A stretch of 60,733 nt of DNA from Candidatus Nomurabacteria bacterium RIFCSPHIGHO2_01_FULL_40_20 (lineage in GTDB: Bacteria; Patescibacteriota; Minisyncoccia; Phycocordibacterales; UBA9973). Made by a program: the position numbers and the translations under genes. Below, one piece after another: positions 34,345 through 43,506 of this stretch (positions within the stretch are counted from its first letter, which is position 1; the number at the start of each line of letters is the position of its first letter). A model generated the notes under the pieces. It searched no databases. It was given only the letters and a program-made list of their open reading frames with translations, and was not told the origin of the DNA. The stretch spans positions 1 through 60,733 of the forward strand of contig MFTO01000005.1 of the NCBI GenBank assembly GCA_001786835.1, written 5' to 3'.

Positions 34345-34674
34345 ATGATTGATTTAAAGGAACTGCAGAAGGAAGTGATGCGGAATAAACTCGACAAAGG
34401 TTTTAACACCACCGATGTTGCTCTTGAGTTTTGCCGAGCACACGAGGAACTCTCCGAAGCTTTTTCAAAGTTCAGTAAGGGTCAAGCTGGAGTAGCCGAG
34501 GAGTTTGCCGATGTGGCGATATTTCTACTTGGTATGTCTGAAATCTTGGGTTTTGATTTAGAAAAGGAGTTGATAGAGAAAATAGAAAAAAACAAACGTC
34601 GTCAGTATAAAAAAATAAAATCCCCGGACGGGAAAGATATTTTCATTAGGATTAAAACTTCCGAAGATCCTTAA
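34345..34674 (+). CDS. MazG-like nucleoside triphosphate pyrophosphohydrolase
   Basis: EELSEA...EEFADVAIFLL all-alpha EExxE/D pattern; 109 aa. Confidence 0.65.
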   Translation: MIDLKELQKEVMRNKLDKGFNTTDVALEFCRAHEELSEAFSKFSKGQAGVAEEFADVAIFLLGMSEILGFDLEKELIEKIEKNKRRQYKKIKSPDGKDIFIRIKTSEDP

Positions 34675-34724
34675 TCCTCTTTTTTCTCAAATTTACCATA
34701 CTGACGGCCATCGAGATAGTAAAC

Positions 34725-35243
34725 TTATATTTTTTCATAGATTGAGAAAGTGTAGTCGTGTGGATTTTTTTCGTCCGCTTTATGCTCTTTGCGTGAAATT
34801 TCATTCCAAAGTATCGGAATAATTTCCGGAAAAAAAGTATCGGCATCTTTTTCTTCCGCGTCCACATGGGTAATGTAAAGTTTATCGGCATATTGCATTG
34901 CTTGCTTGTAAATTTCTCCTCCGCCGATAACAAATATTTCATCACTGCTCTCTTTAAACAAAGCGATAGCTTCCTCGAGTGAATGTACCACATCTACGCC
35001 ACCCGCCTGCAAATTGTCGGGCAGGTGGCGTAGATACGTTTTGTCACGGGTTATTACCATGTTTCTACGCTTTGGGAGCGGACCACCTGGTAGGGATTCA
35101 AAAGTTTTACGTCCCATGATAACCGCGTGACCCCTAGTAATTTCCCTAAAATATTTCATATCTTCCGGCATATGCCAGAGCAAGGTATTATTCTTGCCGA
35201 GTTCATTATTTTTTCCGATAGCTGCGATAAGTGATAATTTCAT
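34725..35243 (-). CDS. folA: Dihydrofolate reductase
   Basis: LIAAIGKNNELGKNNTLLWHMPEDMKYFREIT, GRKTFES, VIGGGEIY. Confidence 0.93.
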   Translation of the reverse strand: MKLSLIAAIGKNNELGKNNTLLWHMPEDMKYFREITRGHAVIMGRKTFESLPGGPLPKRRNMVITRDKTYLRHLPDNLQAGGVDVVHSLEEAIALFKESSDEIFVIGGGEIYKQAMQYADKLYITHVDAEEKDADTFFPEIIPILWNEISRKEHKADEKNPHDYTFSIYEKI

Positions 35244-35283
35244 ATTTTGTCATTCTAACATTCTATAGAACATTGGAATGATA

Positions 35284-36156
35284 TTATATTGCTATTTCAA
35301 AAGGAATTCTAGGATAACTTTCGTAATTTAATAATTTTGTATCTTCGTATTTCCAGTCAAAAATAGACTTCCAGTTTTCAGTTTCTATTTTTGGAAGAGG
35401 GTATTTATTTACGTCTCTCCCGAGCTGTTCCTTGGCTCCCTCTACATGATTTTCAAAAAGATGAACATCAGCAAGAAATCCAACCAGTTTTCCTTCTTTC
35501 AGTCCAGACTCTTTTGCAAGCAGATGAAGTAGTAGAGCGTAGCTTGCAATGTTAAATGGAAGACCAAGCATGGTATCTACCGAACGTTGATTCCACATTA
35601 AGTTTAGTTTACCGTTTATAGTGGTTACTTGAAAAGAATAATGACAAGGAGGAAGACCCATTTCATCTAATTGCGCTGGGTTCCACGCATTCACAATCAT
35701 TCGTCGGTCTCGCGGATTTGTTTTCAAAATCTCTATCAATCTTTTCAGCTGGTCTATACCTTGACCCCCGTAATCTGAGTCATAACTTTCATATAGAGCA
35801 TTGAAATGTCTCCATTGGAATCCGTATATCGGACCCAAGTCTCTCTCTTCCAGCATTCTTTTCTTTGAGATTTCATCGTGACCGTAGGGCGCTTTCTTGG
35901 GGCTTGCCCATTCATCCCAAATGTGATTATTTCGCTCTATCAACCATTGTTTGTCGGTAATTCCGTTTATGAAAAATTCTAGCTCTGAAGCTATGAGTCG
36001 CAGTGGCATTTTTTTTGTTGTTAAGAGCGGGAACCCTTTTGACATATCGTGTTCAAAGAAAGCTCCGGCGATTGTGTAAGCGGGAGGTCCTTGTCTAGTA
36101 GAAACCTTCTCTCCTTTTTCCAAAACATTTTTCACTATATCTAAATAAGCTTTCAT
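35284..36156 (-). CDS. thyA: Thymidylate synthase (ThyA)
   Basis: FQWRHF, active-site LPPCHYSFQ, DVHLFENH. Confidence 0.95.
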   Translation of the reverse strand: MKAYLDIVKNVLEKGEKVSTRQGPPAYTIAGAFFEHDMSKGFPLLTTKKMPLRLIASELEFFINGITDKQWLIERNNHIWDEWASPKKAPYGHDEISKKRMLEERDLGPIYGFQWRHFNALYESYDSDYGGQGIDQLKRLIEILKTNPRDRRMIVNAWNPAQLDEMGLPPCHYSFQVTTINGKLNLMWNQRSVDTMLGLPFNIASYALLLHLLAKESGLKEGKLVGFLADVHLFENHVEGAKEQLGRDVNKYPLPKIETENWKSIFDWKYEDTKLLNYESYPRIPFEIAI

Positions 36157-36291
36157 ACTATTCAGTATAGCTTTTATTTACTTTTTCACAAAAATTGACA
36201 AAAGAAAGTAATAATGCTACTCTTTTTACATCATTCTCATCTTTTGCGTCTCTTGTGACATATTGGGAGTGACCCCCAATATAACAATCAG

Positions 36292-37566
36292 ATGTACAAA
36301 TCTCATTTAAAAGGACCAAAGAAATTTGGTCGTTCAGTTTCGTCTTTTAGAACACCTACCCGCACAGGTGGGAAACCTCGCCGTGGTGGTGGTTTTTCTC
36401 GTGGCAGTGGCAAAAAGAAATTTAGTGGTGCAGGAAGAGGAAGAAGAGGAGACAGAATAGACGTTTCTCGTTTTATAAAGAAAGGGGAACATAGAGAAGA
36501 AAAGCCGTATGCGCACAAACATACTTTTTCGGATTTTCCTTTTAATCCACAGCTTCATAAAAATATCACTAAGGCGGGATACGTTTATCCGCGCCCGATT
36601 CAAGACCAGTCTATTCATGCAATACTTGAAGGCAAAGACGTTTTCGGTATGGCCAATACTGGTACAGGGAAGACCGCGGCATTTTTGCTTCCGCTCATTG
36701 AGAAAATTGCAAAAACAAAAGGTAAAAACAAAAGAGAAACTGTTTTAATAATGGCGCCGACTCGCGAGCTGGCGCTCCAGATAGAAAGTGATTTCAAAAA
36801 TCTTGCTTTCGGGTTCGGGATGTTTTCAGTTGCTTGTGTAGGAGGGTTGCCATTGGGCAAGCAAATTAGAGAAATAAAAATGGGAGTGTCCTTTGTGATA
36901 GGCACACCGGGGAGATTACGCGATTTAATCAACCAGAAAGTTCTGGATTTATCCAATTGCCATTCCGTGGTGTTGGACGAAGCCGACCGGATGCTGGATA
37001 TGGGTTTCCGCGACGACATGCTCTATATCATCGGCAAAACTCCAAAGGAAAGGCAAACACTTTTTTTCTCGGCGACACTTTCACCTGAAGTTAAAAAAAT
37101 AACCAGCGAGTATCTCAAAGACCCAGTTTTTATTTCCGTCATTTCTGGCGAAACGGCAAAAAATATTGACCAAGATGTGGTACGTTTTAAAACCAAAGAA
37201 GAAAAATTAACCAAACTCCATGAAGTGCTAAAAAAAGACGGCTCCGACAAAGTTCTAATTTTTCGCGAGATGAAGCACAGTGTAGATACACTAGCCAAAG
37301 AGCTCGCGCATGCGGGATTTAAAGTGGGTGGAATTCACGGCGACAAGAGAAGTCGAGAACGAATTCGCATTCTAGACTCTTTCAAACAAGACAAAATAAA
37401 TATTTTAATCGCGACCGACGTCGCAGCGAGGGGCTTGGATATTCCAGACGTGACTCACGTCATCAACTTTGACGTGCCTCAAACTTACGAAATCTACGTG
37501 CACCGTATCGGCCGAACCGGTAGGTCCGGCAAGAAGGGTACAGCTCTTACTTTCATACCAGCGTAA
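36292..37566 (+). CDS. DEAD-box ATP-dependent RNA helicase with an Arg/Gly-rich N-terminal tail
   Basis: Q-motif region, ANTGTGKT, DEAD (VVLDEADRM), SAT, HRIGRTGR. Confidence 0.93.
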   Translation: MYKSHLKGPKKFGRSVSSFRTPTRTGGKPRRGGGFSRGSGKKKFSGAGRGRRGDRIDVSRFIKKGEHREEKPYAHKHTFSDFPFNPQLHKNITKAGYVYPRPIQDQSIHAILEGKDVFGMANTGTGKTAAFLLPLIEKIAKTKGKNKRETVLIMAPTRELALQIESDFKNLAFGFGMFSVACVGGLPLGKQIREIKMGVSFVIGTPGRLRDLINQKVLDLSNCHSVVLDEADRMLDMGFRDDMLYIIGKTPKERQTLFFSATLSPEVKKITSEYLKDPVFISVISGETAKNIDQDVVRFKTKEEKLTKLHEVLKKDGSDKVLIFREMKHSVDTLAKELAHAGFKVGGIHGDKRSRERIRILDSFKQDKINILIATDVAARGLDIPDVTHVINFDVPQTYEIYVHRIGRTGRSGKKGTALTFIPA

Positions 37567-37568
37567 GC

Positions 37569-37606
37569 AAAATAAAAACCTAGATTTTAGTCGAGGTTTT
37601 TATTTT
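37569..37606. terminator. Perfect 13-bp hairpin flanked by A and T runs (bidirectional terminator candidate)
   Basis: AAAATAAAAACCT-(12 nt)-AGGTTTTTATTTT. Confidence 0.75.
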
Positions 37607-37655
37607 GCCTTTATTAGTCTGGCCTTGAAGAGAGTGGCGTAGGCGTCGTTTGGGT
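37600..37655 (-). pseudogene. Degenerate duplicate of the 3' end of rpmB (L28)
   Basis: Aligns to 38263-38320 with most positions identical by eye. The reverse strand reads ...NDAYATLFKARLIKAK* against the genuine ...NGAYATLLKAGLIKAK*. Confidence 0.75.
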
Positions 37656-37669
37656 TGTGGATAACTCAC

Positions 37670-37699
37670 TTGACAAGTGTATATACCACACGCTACAAT
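37670..37699 (+). promoter_or_regulatory. Promoter TTGACA-N18-TACAAT for brnTA, followed by the SD-like GAGGG
   Basis: Read directly. Confidence 0.6.
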
Positions 37700-37709
37700 A
37701 GAGGGTATT

Positions 37710-38012
37710 ATGAATAGTAAGATTTTTGAGAAAATTGTTGGTTTTGAGTGGGACGAGGGAAATAAAATTAAAAATCTAACTAAACATAAAGTAAGTCAAG
37801 ACGAATGTGAAGAAACCTTTTTTGACCCCAGTAGAGAAGTACAGAAAGATTTATTGCATTCGATTGGTGAGGAACGTTATATACTTCTTGGTTATACTAA
37901 GTATAAGAGATTATTATATATAGTGTTTACCATAAGGAATACAAAAATAAGAGTCATTTCTGCTAGAGATATTAATAAAAAAGAACGTAAACTATATGAA
38001 GAAAAAAATTAA
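37710..38012 (+). CDS. brnT: BrnT-family (DUF497) toxin
   Basis: FEWDEGNKIKNLTKHKVSQDECEETFFD...RVISARDINKKERKLY. Confidence 0.8.
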   Translation: MNSKIFEKIVGFEWDEGNKIKNLTKHKVSQDECEETFFDPSREVQKDLLHSIGEERYILLGYTKYKRLLYIVFTIRNTKIRVISARDINKKERKLYEEKN

Positions 38013-38259
38013 AATTCCAAAATTTAAGAACGAGGCAGAAGAAAGAGCGTTTTGGTTAAAGTTGGATTTATCAAAACATTTTAACCCTTCTGATTTTCAA
38101 AAAGTGTCTTTCCCCAATCTGAAACCTTCTTCACGGCCTATTTCGCTACGTCTGCCATCCTACCTTCTCACTAGAGTCAAAGAGCATGCCAATGAATTAG
38201 ACATGCCATATCAATCGCTCATTAAGCAATATATAGCAAAGGGAGTCTCGGCAAAGTAA
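37996..38259 (+). CDS. brnA: BrnA-family antitoxin
   Basis: Overlaps brnT by 17 nt; EAEERAFW...ISLRLPSYLLTRVKEHANELDMPYQSLIKQYI (RHH-like C-terminus). Confidence 0.75.
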   Translation: MKKKIKIPKFKNEAEERAFWLKLDLSKHFNPSDFQKVSFPNLKPSSRPISLRLPSYLLTRVKEHANELDMPYQSLIKQYIAKGVSAK

Positions 38260-38262
38260 GAA

Positions 38263-38514
38263 TTATTTTGCCTTGATTAGTCCAGCTTTGAGGAGGGTGG
38301 CGTAGGCGCCGTTTTTTTTGATAGTGCGCATTCCGCGAGAGGAGACTTCAATGTTTACAGATTTTCCGAGTTCCACCACAAAAATCTTCTTCTTTTGAAG
38401 ATTTGGGTATTTGCGGGACTTGCCGGTAGGGTTAAATTTGGTCGCGCGAGTCCTGTTGGAGTATCCGCCTCCGACAATTGAACCCTTTTTTGTAATTTCA
38501 CATATTTTCGCCAT
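38263..38514 (-). CDS. rpmB: 50S ribosomal protein L28
   Basis: MAKICEITKKGSIVGGGYSNRTRATKFNPTGKSRKYPNLQKKKI. Confidence 0.9.
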   Translation of the reverse strand: MAKICEITKKGSIVGGGYSNRTRATKFNPTGKSRKYPNLQKKKIFVVELGKSVNIEVSSRGMRTIKKNGAYATLLKAGLIKAK

Positions 38515-38542
38515 TGCCGTTCCATGCTATCATAGAATTTAT

Positions 38543-39160
38543 ATGGGCGCAACCGACGCATTTTTTTATATAGCGATTCTTATCATGTCTGTAGTGATTC
38601 ACGAAGTCTCGCACGGATTCGTGGCGCTTTATTTTGGAGATCAGACCGCGAAATACGTCGGGCGATTGACCTTAAATCCACTCAAGCATTTAGACCTGTT
38701 CGGCTCGGTGATACTACCACTTTTACTTTACATCTCCGCCGGGTTTGCTTTCGGTTGGGCTCGGCCGGTGCCTTACAATCCGGATAATTTAAGGAATAAA
38801 AAGTGGGGGACATTTTTTGTCGCTTCCGCCGGAGTCTTAGCAAATCTTCTAATTGCCGTTATTTTTGGATTGATAATGCGTTTTTCTCCCGCTTTTTCTC
38901 CGCCGGAGAGTTTCTATTTTATAGTCTCCACAATCGTAATCATAAATATAGCCTTGGCGGTCTTTAACCTAGTACCCATTCCTCCGCTCGATGGCTCTAA
39001 AATACTATTCACCTTGCTACCAGCCTCTTTTAACTCTTTCACTGCTTTTCTCGAGCAATATTCCCTGATACTCCTCATTGCCTTTATATTTTTCTTTTCC
39101 GGCATTTTGTTTCCTGTATTATCCTTCCTTTTTAGTTTTATTACCGGCTTTTCTCTTTGA
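38543..39160 (+). CDS. Site-2 protease (peptidase M50) family membrane metalloprotease
   Basis: HEVSHG zinc motif in TM1, NLVPIPPLDGSK. The start was moved to 38543 because the longer ORF overlaps rpmB. Confidence 0.8.
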   Translation: MGATDAFFYIAILIMSVVIHEVSHGFVALYFGDQTAKYVGRLTLNPLKHLDLFGSVILPLLLYISAGFAFGWARPVPYNPDNLRNKKWGTFFVASAGVLANLLIAVIFGLIMRFSPAFSPPESFYFIVSTIVIINIALAVFNLVPIPPLDGSKILFTLLPASFNSFTAFLEQYSLILLIAFIFFFSGILFPVLSFLFSFITGFSL

Positions 39161-39199
39161 CGGTTGCATTTTAAGGAGGGTTGTAGTAAACTTTCGCTT

Positions 39200-39222
39200 G
39201 AGTCTTCGGACTCTTTTGTTTT
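39200..39222 (+). terminator. Rho-independent terminator with a UUCG tetraloop
   Basis: GAGTC-ttcg-GACTC followed by TTTTGTTTT. Confidence 0.8.
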
Positions 39223-39239
39223 AATAAAGAGAATTATAG

Positions 39240-39665
39240 ATGCCTACAATTAATCAGTTAATAAATAAAAAAAGAGTAAAAGTGCGCCGAAAAGCCAAGA
39301 CGGTGGCGCTGGAACGTGGTTTTAACGTCCTAAAAAACAGACCGGTTTTTTACCCTGCGCCTTTCAAGCGTGGTGTGTGTACTAAGGTTTCCACTACTAC
39401 TCCCAAGAAGCCAAATTCTGCACTCCGAAAAATCGCTCGTGTTCGCCTTACAAACGGTATGGAGGTGACGGCCTATATCCCCGGCGAAGGGCACAATCTA
39501 CAAGAACACTCAGTGGTAATGCTCCGCGGGGGTCGGGTAAAAGATTTGATTGGAGTTCGGTATCACATCGTGCGAGGAGTGCTTGACACTCAAGGAGTTG
39601 AAAAAAGACGACAAGGACGGTCTTTGTATGGGAACAAAAAGCCAAGAGCAGATGGGAAGAAGTAG
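39240..39665 (+). CDS. rpsL: 30S ribosomal protein S12
   Basis: MPTINQLI..., [23 protein letters not shown]. Confidence 0.98.
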   Translation: MPTINQLINKKRVKVRRKAKTVALERGFNVLKNRPVFYPAPFKRGVCTKVSTTTPKKPNSALRKIARVRLTNGMEVTAYIPGEGHNLQEHSVVMLRGGRVKDLIGVRYHIVRGVLDTQGVEKRRQGRSLYGNKKPRADGKK

Positions 39666-39702
39666 AAAGTTTTTAAAGTTATAAAGTTCATAAAGTAAAA
39701 AA

Positions 39703-40173
39703 ATGAGAAGAAAAGTAAAAAATCGAAATATTGTTCAGCCGGACTTCATGTACAACTCCCAAAAATTAGAGAAGTTTATCAACTACATCATGTGGTCTGG
39801 CAAGAAAGAAACTTCCCGAAAAGTGATGTATCAAGCTTTTGAAGTTATCAAAGAAAAAACTGGCAATCCAAATCCACTTGAGGTTTTTGACCTTGCGCTC
39901 AAAAATGCTGGTCCCTTAACCGAAGTGCGCTCAAAGAGAATCGGAGGCGCTAATTATCAAGTACCAAGAGAAGTGCGCCCGGAACGCCGACTCGCGCTCG
40001 CGATGCGCTGGATTCGCGACGCTGCTCGCAGTAAAAAAGGACAACCGATGCATCTGAAACTTGCCGAAGAGTTAATCCTTGCCTCTAAAAACGAAGGCTC
40101 GGCTATTAAAAAGAAAGAAGATACCCACAAAATGGCAGAAGCCAACAAAGCTTTTGCTCACTTTGCTTGGTAG
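39703..40173 (+). CDS. rpsG: 30S ribosomal protein S7
   Basis: Position after rpsL; GANYQVPREVRPERR, AFAHFAW C-terminus. Confidence 0.97.
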   Translation: MRRKVKNRNIVQPDFMYNSQKLEKFINYIMWSGKKETSRKVMYQAFEVIKEKTGNPNPLEVFDLALKNAGPLTEVRSKRIGGANYQVPREVRPERRLALAMRWIRDAARSKKGQPMHLKLAEELILASKNEGSAIKKKEDTHKMAEANKAFAHFAW

Positions 40174-40188
40174 GCTTATTTATTTTTT

Positions 40189-42354
40189 ATGGAACGAGAT
40201 TACCCATTAGAGAAAGTTAGAAATTTTGGAATTATCGCTCACATTGATGCGGGCAAGACTACCACGACCGAGCGCGTGCTTTTTTATACTGGTGTTTCTC
40301 ACAAAATAGGCGAGGTGCATGATGGCGAAACCACGACCGACTGGATGGAGCAAGAGCGCGAGCGGGGGATTACTATCACTTCTGCGGCAGTTACTTGTTT
40401 CTGGACGCCTACTTATGATTTGACCAACAAGGCACTCAAGCATCGTTTTAATATTATTGATACCCCAGGGCACATTGATTTTACAGTGGAAGTAAAACGC
40501 TCACTCCGTGTGCTCGACGGCGCGGTGGTGGTGTTTGACGGCGTGGCCGGAGTAGAACCGCAATCAGAAACCAACTGGCGCTATGCGGATGAAGCGAGTG
40601 TGCCGAGAATATGTTTTATCAACAAGCTCGACCGCACTGGCGCATCTTTTGAACATTCCTACAAAACTATTTTAGAGCGTCTTTCCAAAAAAGCAGTCCG
40701 GGTGCAAATACCTATCGGGCTTGAAGAGCATTTTGAAGGAGTAGTGGACCTACTTCGGATGAAGGCGTACTATTTTGAAGGGGATATGGGGAATCTTGTG
40801 ATAGAGAAAGACCTGACTGCGCAGGCAGGAATTCCTGAAAATATAATAAAAGACGCGGAAAAATATCACAACGAATTAATTGAAAAAATTGTGGAACAAG
40901 ATGATACGTTGATGACCGAATACTTGGATGGTAAAATTCCTGATTTTGATACTTTAAAGAAATTATTGCGCAAGGGAGTGATAACCAATGAAATTTTTCC
41001 GGTCTTTGCGGGCTCGGCGCTAAAAAATAAAGGAGTCCAGCTTGTGCTCGACGCTGTGGTGGACTATTTACCGGCGCCGACCGATATTCCTCCGATTACT
41101 GGCATTGACCCAAATACTGATGCTCCGGTGGTGCGCCATGCGTCAGACACGGAGCCATTTTCCGCGCTTGCTTTCAAGGTAGCGACCGACCCATTCGTGG
41201 GTCAACTAATTTTCTTTCGAGTTTATTCCGGAACACTGGAAGCCGGAAGCTATGTTTATAATCCTCGCACAAGAAGCAAAGAGAGAATCGGGCGAATACT
41301 TCGTATGCATGCCAACGACCGCGAAGAAGTGAAAAAAGTTTTCGCCGGAGAAATTGCCGCAGCCGTGGGACTCAAAGAAACTATTACTTCCGACACTCTT
41401 TGTGATGAAGCGCATGAGGTAGAGTTAGACCGAATAGTTTTCCCGGAACCGGTCATCTCGTTACGTATTGAACCAAAGACAAAAGCCGACCAAGAGAAAA
41501 TGGGTATGGCGCTCAACCGTCTTGCCCAAGAAGACCCTACCTTTAAAGTCTCAACCGACCAAGAAACAGGCGAGACTATTATTGCCGGCATGGGAGAGCT
41601 TCACTTGGAAATTATTGTAGACCGTATGAAGAGAGAATTCACGGTGGAAGCAAACGTAGGCAAACCGCAAGTGGCGTACCGAGAAACCATTACAGGGTCT
41701 GCGGATGCCGAAGGCAAATATATCAAACAGTCCGGCGGACGTGGAAACTACGGGCACGTGAAGATAAAAGTAAAACCAATGACAATTTTGACTAAAGAAG
41801 AAATAGAAGACTTGCCGAAGAATACCAAACGCTCTCTAGGTTTTGAGTTCATTAACAACATCAAAGGAGGTGTCATTCCACAAGAATACATCGCTCCTTG
41901 TGAAAAAGGATTCAAGGAAGGACTGGACCGCGGAATTTTGGCTGGATTCAAAATGGTAAATGTATCTGTTGACCTATGGGACGGAAGTTATCACGAAGTG
42001 GACTCAAATGAAATGGCATTCAAGATTGCAGCTTCTATGGCGGTGCAAGATGCATGTCGAAATGCAAAACCCGTGATACTTGAGCCGATGATGAAAGTGG
42101 AAGTAGTGACACCGGACAAATTTATGGGAGACGTAACTGGAAACCTTTCATCTAAGCGCGGACTTATTGACGGCATGGAAGAGCGGGGAATGAATAAAGT
42201 AATCAAAGCTATTGTTCCGCTATCAGAAATGTTTGGCTACATGACTGGACTGCGCTCTATGACCGAAGGTCGTGCGTCTTTCACTATGGAATTCTTGCGC
42301 TACGATATAGTACCCCAGAATGTTGCGGAGACGATAATATCGGCGCGAAAGTAA
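40189..42354 (+). CDS. fusA: Elongation factor G
   Basis: [34 protein letters not shown]; 721 aa. Confidence 0.98.
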   Translation: MERDYPLEKVRNFGIIAHIDAGKTTTTERVLFYTGVSHKIGEVHDGETTTDWMEQERERGITITSAAVTCFWTPTYDLTNKALKHRFNIIDTPGHIDFTVEVKRSLRVLDGAVVVFDGVAGVEPQSETNWRYADEASVPRICFINKLDRTGASFEHSYKTILERLSKKAVRVQIPIGLEEHFEGVVDLLRMKAYYFEGDMGNLVIEKDLTAQAGIPENIIKDAEKYHNELIEKIVEQDDTLMTEYLDGKIPDFDTLKKLLRKGVITNEIFPVFAGSALKNKGVQLVLDAVVDYLPAPTDIPPITGIDPNTDAPVVRHASDTEPFSALAFKVATDPFVGQLIFFRVYSGTLEAGSYVYNPRTRSKERIGRILRMHANDREEVKKVFAGEIAAAVGLKETITSDTLCDEAHEVELDRIVFPEPVISLRIEPKTKADQEKMGMALNRLAQEDPTFKVSTDQETGETIIAGMGELHLEIIVDRMKREFTVEANVGKPQVAYRETITGSADAEGKYIKQSGGRGNYGHVKIKVKPMTILTKEEIEDLPKNTKRSLGFEFINNIKGGVIPQEYIAPCEKGFKEGLDRGILAGFKMVNVSVDLWDGSYHEVDSNEMAFKIAASMAVQDACRNAKPVILEPMMKVEVVTPDKFMGDVTGNLSSKRGLIDGMEERGMNKVIKAIVPLSEMFGYMTGLRSMTEGRASFTMEFLRYDIVPQNVAETIISARK
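40812..40829. repeat. Near-palindrome CCTGACTGCGCAGGCAGG inside fusA, encoding LTAQAG
   Basis: One mismatch relative to the copies in uvrC and ruvA. Confidence 0.85.
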
Positions 42355-42372
42355 CTAGCCTAAAAATGCCTG

Positions 42373-42402
42373 CCCCGTAGCGAGCTTGCTCTGTTACTGG
42401 GG
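42373..42402. repeat. Imperfect hairpin CCCCGTAGCGAGC-tt-GCTCTGTTACTGGGG between the fusA stop and the duplicated fusA end
   Basis: Read directly; same CCCC..GTA/TAC..GGGG clamp as 6725-6773. Confidence 0.7.
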
Positions 42403-42434
42403 TGGCTGAAACCATCATCTCTGCGAGGAAGTAA
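42402..42434 (+). pseudogene. Second, out-of-frame copy of the last 10 codons plus stop of fusA ([10 protein letters not shown])
   Basis: GTGGCTGAAACCATCATCTCTGCGAGGAAGTAA against 42322-42354 GTTGCGGAGACGATAATATCGGCGCGAAAGTAA: 9 nt differences, all synonymous. Confidence 0.8.
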
Positions 42435-42477
42435 TTTTTTAATTTACTATACTAGGAAATAGTGATAAGCTTTTTAT

Positions 42478-43506
42478 ATGTCGCTTATTAAACTCCCAGG
42501 GCTTATTGATGTGCATGTGCACTTGCGCGAGCCGGGGGCTACTCATAAAGAAGATTTTTATACGGGCAGTCGCGCGGCGCTTGCCGGGGGGTTTACTTAT
42601 ATTTTGGATATGCCGAACAACCTTATTCCTACCATAACAGCCGAGCTTTTGGAAGAAAAAATTTCTCTTTCAAAAGAAAAATCTGTCTGCGATATTGGAT
42701 TTCATTTTGGCACTAACGGAGAAAATACAGAAGAGTTTGAAAAAGTAAAAAACAATCCAAAAGTTTTTGGCTTGAAAATTTATTGCAATCACACTACCGG
42801 CGAGATGCTGATTGAGAATTTAGAATTGCTTGAAAAAGTTTTCTCCGCTTGGGATTCACCCAAGCCAATTTTGGTACATGCTGAAGGAGAACAGTTGGTA
42901 ACTACTCTCGCTCTCGCTCTTAAATATGAAAGAGTGCTTCATGTGTGTCACATTTCACAGAAGAGCGAAGTAGAACTAATTAGAAAAGCAAAAGCAAGTT
43001 CTCAAAAAGTTTCAGCCGGAGTTTGCCCACACCATTTATATTTTACCAAAGATGCAGTTTCAAAAATGAAAGGTTATGCCATGATGAAACCCCCCCTAGG
43101 TACTCAGGAAGACCAAGATGCGCTTTGGGCAGGACTTTCTGATGGAACAATTGATCTTATTGAATCCGACCATGCTCCGCATGTAAAACTTGAAAAGAAT
43201 CCGCCAGCTGGCGGACAGCCAGCGTTTGGTGTGCCGGGTCTTGAAACTACTTTAGGACTTATGTTCAAAGCAGTTCACGACGGGCGAATTAGCAAAGAAG
43301 ATGTGGTAAGACTTTTATACACTAATCCGAAAAAGATTTTCAACATTCCCGACCAACCGGACACTTATATAGAATTAGATCCTGATTTAGCTTATGTTGT
43401 TCCACAAAAAGGTTTTGAGACGAAATGTGATTGGTCGCCATTTTCGGGGATGACGCTTTATGGTAAAGTGCAAGCAGTGGTATTGCGAGGCAAAAAAGTT
43501 TTATGA
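42478..43506 (+). CDS. pyrC: Dihydroorotase (short form)
   Basis: GLIDVHVHLREPG, ESDHAPH; followed by pyrD/E/F. Confidence 0.85.
   Translation: MSLIKLPGLIDVHVHLREPGATHKEDFYTGSRAALAGGFTYILDMPNNLIPTITAELLEEKISLSKEKSVCDIGFHFGTNGENTEEFEKVKNNPKVFGLKIYCNHTTGEMLIENLELLEKVFSAWDSPKPILVHAEGEQLVTTLALALKYERVLHVCHISQKSEVELIRKAKASSQKVSAGVCPHHLYFTKDAVSKMKGYAMMKPPLGTQEDQDALWAGLSDGTIDLIESDHAPHVKLEKNPPAGGQPAFGVPGLETTLGLMFKAVHDGRISKEDVVRLLYTNPKKIFNIPDQPDTYIELDPDLAYVVPQKGFETKCDWSPFSGMTLYGKVQAVVLRGKKVL
43200..43215. repeat. 16-nt perfect palindrome TCCGCCAGCTGGCGGA inside pyrC, encoding (N)PPAGG
   Basis: Identical to 20467-20482. Confidence 0.9.

Noticed and set aside
39157-39190. TTGACG box upstream of rpsL as a promoter.
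   Set aside because: No acceptable -10 hexamer lies at 16-19 nt spacing. The terminator at 39200-39222 lies between it and rpsL. The rpsL promoter was not confidently located.
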